Below are positions 55,883-64,000 of a stretch of DNA of 64,000 nt, in pieces (position 1 is the first letter of the stretch; every line of letters starts with the position of its first letter). Source of the stretch: Octopus vulgaris (Eukaryota); the NCBI GenBank assembly GCA_951406725.2, contig OX597814.1, positions 121,272,001 through 121,336,000 of the forward strand, in the 5' to 3' direction. The notes below the pieces were generated by a model, which was not told where the DNA came from, did no database searches, and saw nothing but the letters and a program-made list of their open reading frames with translations. The position numbers and the translations under genes are program-made.

Positions 55883-58353
55883 GACACACATGATATGTAT
55901 ATATATACACATGATATATATATACATGCGTATATTCATATTCATATATATATCTATATCCATATATATATGTGTATATATATATATATAAACAATTTAA
56001 TAAATAAAACATATACATACATACATATATATTTATACATACCTACATCTATATGTATATATACATGCATATATGAGTACAGGACACCACAAATAAACGT
56101 AGAACACAACGAGAAACGAAAACATAAAACCACATACACAGAAATAGATTGCGGTGAGTGAGAGAGATAACGAGACACATAATTCTCTAATTTATTCGTA
56201 ATTCATTCTAACTCCCACTCATAAATAATTTAATATTCAACTAGCTCTTCCTTTGTCGACCACCTAGGCACACACAGCCCCATTGTAAAAAATAACTCTA
56301 CAGCCACTGACCTTAGCCAGAACGGGACATTAGCAATTACTGCCAAATCTCCACATCAACAACTTTAGACTTTGAGACTACCGGACATCTACTAATCTTT
56401 TTAAATTCCTTTCATTTTGTTCTTTTCTTAATCCTATTTTTTTTTACCCTATCTACCTCTACTTCCTCATCCTCTCTCTTATCTCTCTTATCTACCCCGT
56501 ACACAATTCTTAGACACCATACACATATGCACCTTACTTTATCCTGTAGTCAATCCTTAATATCACTCCTACCTCACTTTATATACCTCTCTTTCTCGTT
56601 CTTTTCCTTTTCTCTACTTTTACCAGTTAACAGCCACCTCCGTTACCATTCTGATATTGAACGTTGATATTTTCGCGTCTTTTTTCTACTATACAAGGGC
56701 TTTAACCCACATGGATATAGGCAGGATTGCACCTAAGGACTCATGCTTTGGTCTCTATAACTTCAGAACGTTGAACAATACACTTTTATGCTTCCTTTTT
56801 CTTCTCTCTGTCCATCCCCTTATTCTTTTACTCCCTTCCTCTATGTTATCATCCTATTGATATATACCATTCTTATTTTCCATATTTCCCCCCAATTTAA
56901 CTCTTAATACGGAATATCCAATACTAGAGGATATCCCAGAAAAGCTGTAAGATTTTGAATTTTCTTCCTGTAATGATATTGTATATAACTTGATATGTTT
57001 GCCTTGCCTAAATGTTTGACGCCATGTTTAACAATTACATAATACCAATATATATATATATATACATACATATTGCTATTATTCATTTTAATTAAGGTAA
57101 GGAACAAGCAATTTTTATAGATGTTAGGCTGTTCATATATATGTTTATATTTATATGTGTATGTATATATATACACCCATAAATATGTGTGTGTATGCAT
57201 GTGTGTATATGCATGTGTGAATGAGTGTATATGTGTATGCGCGTGTGTGTACATTGTCGTTATATATTTACCAACGTGTTTCTGTTTATGATCTAAATTA
57301 TCTAGTCTCTTTGTTATATTGCGGCTAATTTAGATAACGCCATCATACACATTTCAGGCAAGTTACTGAGAACTATTTGTTCTCCATATAAAAGCGAGCA
57401 GACTTATTTAGTGATTTATTAACTTAATTTTTTGTACTTGACCTCTCCATGGTAGATAAAATCATTTCATGAATCCGTATTTTTAATAATAGTCATGTTT
57501 GCTATATTTTTCTGTTAAAATAGAAAATAAAAAAATATGTACATTGGGGTAAATAAGTTTGTAAACTTATTTTGATATATGGCCGTAATCGTACATATTC
57601 TACGCCGAGATATTCTATATCACCACAACACAGTGAAGATTCAAACGATAATTACTTTTTAAAGCGAACCAATATTTTATTATCTCTATAAACAATGCCA
57701 TGCACGTTTCTTTATAATCTACAGCAGCGCAGATCATATTTATCAGTCTGGCAGAGACACTCAATGCTCTTCTGAGTTTTTTTTCTTTATATTATTTTTG
57801 TTGGTCATCTTTCTGTTTAACAGTTATGATGATGCTGCTTCTTTATTTAGTCTTGTTACTTTTAAACTTCATGCCTCTGTTACTGCTTCTATTGTATAAG
57901 TGTTACCATTAGTTTTGTCAAAGTGCCAAACGCATACATATTTAGGTTTGCTGGTTATGTCTGAAAATGTCTCTGTTATTGCTAGATATGTTTCGATGTT
58001 TCAGTGTACAATAACCGTTAAGCGGAAGTTTTGTTTCAAGAAAAAACGCAACAAAATGAAATAAAATAAAAAAAATTGATAACTCTCATGTTTATCTTAT
58101 AGTAAAGTATAAAATCTGTTTTCTTTAGAAACAAGGAAAATATTCTGCGCCATTCAACCAAATAATTGAATGCTGATTTTTCAACATAAAAATTTAAAGC
58201 ATGATTTGTCGTAAAATTATCGCCGCAATATATGTATCATGAAAGTATGAACGCATACATATGGATACACACACGCACGCACACACACACACACACATAC
58301 ACAGATATATACATACATACACACACACATACACATATATGTATATACATATA

Positions 58354-58393
<40 letters not shown>

Positions 58394-58489
58394 ATATATA
58401 TAGCACATATACTTTCACGCCTAGATTCATAGGCACACACATATATGTACACCTCCCTTCCACACACAGCATATACATACATTCATATA

Positions 58490-58559
<70 letters not shown>

Positions 58560-58621
58560 TTATATTATATATATATATATGTATGTATGTACGTATGTAT
58601 ATATGTATGTATGTATGTATG

Positions 58622-58655
<34 letters not shown>

Positions 58656-58786
58656 TGTATGTATGTATATATAAAACTTTGTAACAGATAATTCAGAGCG
58701 AGGTAAGTTAATTCCCTTACATTAAATATATGTAATGGCATCAATGTTCATATAAATTACATGTCGTTGGAAGTTTTTGTTTTATA

Positions 58787-58821
<35 letters not shown>

Positions 58822-58842
58822 GAGTAATTAATTAATGATAGA

Positions 58843-59326
58843 CGGAAGAATGAAGATACGACAAACTTTATTGATCTTCTACAATCGTTTCAAACAATCT
58901 CGTATCAATACTTGCCGGTGGTTTACTGTACAACCGATTTAGGTGTGACCTTCGGGTGATTTCTGGAAGTTTCACGTTAAAATAAACTATATATCTACTA
59001 ACGGTTATATCTGATATTTATTTTTTGCTGCAATGCATATTTGTTTCTTTTTGTAACTAAACTTTGTTTTAGATCTTGTATAAGAACGAAGCAATAACCC
59101 TTAATTTGACATTTCTATGCACGAAGACCAAGACGGCCTCATCTAGAAATAAGGTGTGCGAAACAGTTTATTTTAACGAGGTATACCATGGCATCACTTG
59201 AGGAGACACATCTACACCAAGGGAAAGACCTAAACCAGATGTACAATATCCCTCCAGCGACGGCCGATGCTAGATGGGCCGAAACAATTGTAGCAATCAA
59301 TAAAGATTTTCGTATCTTCCATCTTC
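58843..59326. mobile_element. Inverted pair of related PLE-terminus-like sequences, each with a degenerate hammerhead followed by AATAAA
   Basis: The - strand gaaacgattgtagaagatcaataaagtttgtcgtatcttc (58852-58891) matches the + strand gaaacaattgtagcaatcaataaagattttcgtatcttc (59281-59319). Confidence 0.65.
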
Positions 59327-59546
59327 TGTCTCTCGAAGTGCTTTACCGGCAAACTAACTTTTATATACAATATAATTTCTTAAATGTTTGTGTGTGCGCG
59401 TGCGTGTGTCTATCTGTCTGTCTGCTTGTCTTTCTGTCTTCGTGCATTTGAAAGTCTATGAAAATTTTGAAGTGTAAAGTTGAATTTATGCATATATATA
59501 TATATATATACGTAATTACTATGAATGAAGCAATGTTGTAGAATAT

Positions 59547-59702
59547 ATTGTATAAACGATCGTGGGTAAGGCCAAAACAATCCGAAGTAAATGCAAGGTA
59601 AATCACAAGATTAATTCACATATTTGGGGTTTTTTTGTGTGTGTGATATACCTTGCATTTACTTCGCATTGTTTTGGCCTTACCCACAATCATTTATACA
59701 AT
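59547..59702. repeat. Hairpin with about 61-bp arms and a 34-nt spacer
   Basis: attgtataaacgatcgtgggtaaggccaaaacaatccgaagtaaatgcaaggtaaatcaca pairs with tgtgatataccttgcatttacttcgcattgttttggccttacccacaatcatttatacaat (4 mismatches). Confidence 0.95.
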
Positions 59703-59709
59703 GTATCTC

Positions 59710-59938
59710 TCTTACTCTTTTCCTTGTTTCAGTCATTTTACTGTGGCCATGCTGGAGCACCGCCATTAGTCGAGCAAATCGATCACAGGACTTATTTTTT
59801 GTAAGCCTAGTACTTATTCTATCGGTGTCTGTTGCCCAACCGCTAAGTTACGGGGACGTAAGCACACCAGCATCGGTTGTCAAACGATGTTGGGGGGGGG
59901 TGACAAACACAGACACACGAACATATACACACACGTTC

Positions 59939-59969
<31 letters not shown>

Positions 59970-60152
59970 CATATATACGATATTTATACATATATACGAA
60001 TATACGTCTTTCAGTTTCCGTTTACCAAATCCACTCACAAGGCTTTGGTCGACCCGAGACTATAGTAGAAGACATTTGCCCAAGGTGCCACGCAGTAGGA
60101 CTGAACCCGGAACCATGTTGCTGGTAAGTAAGCTACTTACCACACAGCCACT
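59710..60152 (-). mobile_element. tRNA-derived SINE (family A)
   Basis: Reverse complement of 8951-9343. Confidence 0.88.
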
Positions 60153-60377
60153 CAGTCAAATCAAACATTAAATCTTGAATATTAAAAGTCACAAACAGAA
60201 ACACAAAAGGATGTACAAATGAAATGTATCAGCTTCACCCTCAGTAAACATAGAAGAAAGAATATATTATTTTTCGTTTGAAGCTTTACTCTTCATAAAA
60301 AGGAAAAAAAGGGAAGGTGCAGAGAAATAAATATGTCCAGAAAAAGCACGCATGTGTTTGCATGGCTGAATTTACCA

Positions 60378-60446
<69 letters not shown>

Positions 60447-60497
60447 GGTGAATTGAAGAAATGGAGCTGAACGCAGATTGAACAGAAATCGTTTTAT

Positions 60498-60584
60498 TTC
60501 ATTCTACACGTGTTTCGAAAGGCACAATTTACCAAAATCCGATTGAATAATGGGACCATATTGTGTCTTTCTCTTCAGGAAGAA
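60498..60584 (-). ncRNA. Type I hammerhead ribozyme with extended stem II
   Basis: Minus strand: uucuuc-CUGAAGA-gaaagacacaau...auugugccuuuc-GAAA-cacgug-UA-gaaugaa, then AAUAAA. Stem II pairs at 11 of 12 bp and loop III is the palindrome CACGTG. Confidence 0.82.
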
Positions 60585-60674
60585 GTAGGAAATCCGTTGG
60601 AAAAAACAAAACCAGAACAGAGGCGGAGCAAAAACAAATCGAACTAGGCTCCTAAGAGCCCATGGCGAAACTGT

Positions 60675-60798
60675 TTATCAGTGTATGTTGAGAACCGGTG
60701 GCTGAAGAATTTAACGGGTCAGGCATCGGTCAATCATGTATGACCGATGCCTGACCCGTTAAATTCTTCAGCCACCGGTTCTCAACATACACTGATAA
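60675..60798. repeat. Perfect 58-bp inverted repeat with an 8-nt loop
   Basis: 60675-60732 is the exact reverse complement of 60741-60798. Confidence 0.97.
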
Positions 60799-60802
60799 GC
60801 AC

Positions 60803-60842
<40 letters not shown>

Positions 60843-62566
60843 CTCGTATACATTTTATATACATACACATATGCACGTACGTATAAGCATTCACGCATAC
60901 ATATCTTTAAAGATGGTATATTGAGCCAAGTAATCATTATGATAACACAATGGTTATACTATGATCGCTAGGTTAAATTTTGAACACGTACACTGGGTGC
61001 AGAAGTAAAAATATATTACATAATATACGTAAATGATAACAAATATCTTGCGGTATATATGAAGATGTTATACTTTTCTTTCAAAATATTTTCTCAGAGT
61101 TAAGAAAATAAGTTACTTGTAAAATGGTTAATTTATTTAAAGAACGTCGTATGAAAAATATCCTATTACTTCTCAAGATTATTTTCCATTAACTTCCACA
61201 CAGTGTATACGATGTCGTGACGTTTTAGAGTTCATGTTATCTAACAAAATTTAGATATGTTATGATAAAGCTCCAGATATCATACGCTGTGTTAATCTAA
61301 TTCATTTTGGACATTACAATATCGTTACAAAAACATGCCGTTCCTTCAAACCCGAATATGCAATATTCGCTTAAATAATATCAATAATTGGATAATTAAA
61401 GTTGTGTTTACTAGGTTGAAATGAAGTAAAGTCCCACTGTCACGTACCTACTCGTTACAGTAAAACCATAAATATATTTACCGGTTTTGACATTTCAATA
61501 GGGTAATTATTAAAGTATGATGTATTTGAGTTAATAGCACGCTGCTTTCCTAAAAACGGTAATACAATATGTTACTAATTATAAGACATCGCCCTAATGA
61601 TATAACTTATTTCAACAAACAAAATAATCAGAATAATTCAAGAGAAAATTTATAAGATATCTGAATACAATAAAATGTTTTTCATGTCAAATAGTAATTT
61701 CAAGAAATAAATAGGCTAGAAGAAATGTAGTTTATCATTCTGCCTATGAATGATAATCTCATTCATAGGGGTTATCATTCATAGGCAGATGATAAACATA
61801 ACATTGCAAAAAGTGAAACGCTACGATCACATTTCCTTTCTCCAAGGCTTGTATACACATCATTTTAGTCACTGATGCTTTACAATTACCAGGTAGCGCT
61901 GTCTCAACTGAGTTATTTCTGATGATGCGCATATAAACATGTGCGACCGCATAAAATTGTAAGTCATCTGATAATTTGCCAAATATCAAACCTTCAATAA
62001 ACATTATGTTCCTCTTACAGAATATACGTTCCCTCAGAACTTGGTAAATACATACTCCATTTCTTGCAAACCGACCGAAGTTTTTCGTGTCTACTTGCTT
62101 TCTTGACTATCTCATTTGTGATTCATCAATTTTGTTCAATCGTTACATCTCAGAGCAGCAACCGCTGAAACACGCTCTACAAACTTTACTTATTCATGCA
62201 GACACCGAATTATGGATGTATATATTTTTCTGAAAGTACAGCAACCACTTCGCCCTCACCAGTCCGAGCAGAGTTACAAAGATCTTGATTATATTGATCA
62301 CAACTGTGCAACAGCCATGGGTGCAGCGCTTCCCCCTCTCACTCAGTTACGCGTATTGTATCAGTAGCACTTGCATCAGACAAAAACGGAATGTGATGGA
62401 GTAATGTACTGGAGGGTATTGTACCGAGGTAGTTAGTCCAATTTCAATTATATTACTACGAATATATCATCGGAATAACTCTTTAATTACATCACATATG
62501 TTGTTGATATACGTAGGCATGCCATTATACTATGGCAATTATATTACATATATCCGCAATATTGAA

Positions 62567-62895
62567 GGCGTATGGCTCAGTGGTTAGAACGTCGAGCTTA
62601 CGATCGTGAAGTTGTGAGTTCGAATCCCGGACCGGGCTGCGTGCTGCGTTCTTGAGAAAGACACTTTATTTCACGTTGCTCCAGTTCACTCAGCTGTAGA
62701 AATGAGTTGCAACGTCACAGGTGCCAAGCTGTATCGGCCATTGCCTTTCCCTTGGATAACACTGGTGGCGTGGAGAGGGGAGGCTGGTGTGCGTGGGTGA
62801 CTACTGGCCTTTCATAAACAACTTTGCCCGGACTTGTGCCTGGGAGGGTAACTTTCTAGGTGCAATCCCACGGTCAATCATGACCGAAGGTGGTG
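62567..62895 (+). mobile_element. tRNA-derived SINE (family C)
   Basis: A-box tggctcagtgg, B-box gagttcgaatccc, and a conserved body (ttcttgagaaagacactttatttcacgttgctccagttcactcagctgta). Confidence 0.85.
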
Positions 62896-64000
62896 TCAGC
62901 ACCCGCAATACTGATCTAACTAACAAATAGTATTGATGATGAAATATGTATTTGCCTTTAAAACACAAACAAAATTACAGTATATAGCTGTATCTTAAGA
63001 TACAGCAATAATTTCCTCAGATACTTTATAAGAAAAATAAAACAATATTCATTCTGTCTATCGTGAGAAATATTTAAAAATATGCGTTGAATTTCCAGAT
63101 CCTATTGTAACTTGAAATAATTCAAAATTTAACAACTAATCATTTGCAAAGAAAAAAAATATATTTCTAGAACAAAATTTCTTTGACCACTTTAAGTATC
63201 GTAATTCAAGGTCAAATTTACTTTAAAAAATCAACATTTAATTTGCTGAAAATAGGAATAAAATAAGCGAAAACAATAAAATGCTATGAATTTATTCACC
63301 ATTATTTGCAAGAAAAATTTTCACAGGTGCTCTAATTAAATGTTGTTTTATTCGCAATCAATATAGTTTATGAATTTAGTTAATCTTAATAGCGCAGTGT
63401 ATAATTTATTCATGTGCAGGTGGAAGGATATAATTCCTATCAGTTTATTTTAATGAACAATGATATTGATTGAAATGCGAATTGAAAACTGGAGGGAAAC
63501 ATGCGTGAAGTGATACACATCTAAAGATAAAATCTCTTCAACTATTACGGAATAGAATGAACAGATAAAACTAAAATTTAAAAAAAAGCCTTTCTAACTG
63601 CCTTTGAAGGATAAAACGTTCCAAACTAAGGTTTACTTGAAGACTTTGAATTATTGGTATAAGGCATAAAAATCGATTGGAATGCATTTTCACTGTTCTG
63701 TTGGGAATACTGTGGAAGCAAAGCAAAGTCAAAACCGGAAGTATTTGAAGTAAGGGGAAAAGAAACAAAATTATATTTTGCAGTCATATGGATTTTAAGC
63801 AACTATAAACGTTTGTTTCGGAGAAGATACATAAAATATATTTTATTAGAGTACCTTCTTTTGAAGATCACATTTAGATAGATATATGAAAAAATAACAG
63901 TAAAGTGAGTCATATAAAAATATTACTATTTATAGCAACGAAGGGTGGAACCGGACAACTTACTAAAGCAGGTAAAATATAAAAACTAAACAAGCCTTGC

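Noticed and set aside
61760-62430. Less repetitive, slightly GC-richer region with a possible 23-nt exon (about 62021-62043)
   Set aside because: No long open frame with consistent splice sites and no recognisable product.
62567-62640. Possible tRNA gene
   Set aside because: It has A and B boxes but continues into a SINE body with no proper acceptor stem or terminator.

Overview
AT-rich, microsatellite-saturated eukaryotic genomic DNA. The SINE families, (TA)n/(CA)n/(TACA)n density and mariner/LINE/Penelope mix look like a cephalopod, probably Octopus (inference). No complete host gene is visible. At most there are a few candidate + strand exons with compatible splice phases (4848-5002, 15681-15859, perhaps 41507-41757), so most of the window is probably intronic or intergenic. 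Clear features: (i) a CR1/L2-group LINE with an intact 1005-aa APE+RT ORF2 (48151-51168, -); (ii) four mariner copies, one full length with TIRs and an empty paralogous site; (iii) a stack of R4/Dong-like REL-endonuclease LINE pieces, most of them at (TAA)n tracts; (iv) Penelope-like element (PLE) remnants with inverted copies; (v) several tRNA-derived SINE families and a Helentron/DINE-like MITE; (vi) a probable haplotype/assembly duplication at a 100-N gap. The most interesting signal is about 12 minimal type I hammerhead-ribozyme motifs (CUGANGA...GAAA-palindrome-UH) in short elements, most of them embedded in (TA)n. They include a 360-bp tandem dimer that looks like a retrozyme, and several long hairpins or inverted pairs occur in the same kind of element. 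Most ORFs in the supplied track are microsatellite translation artefacts.
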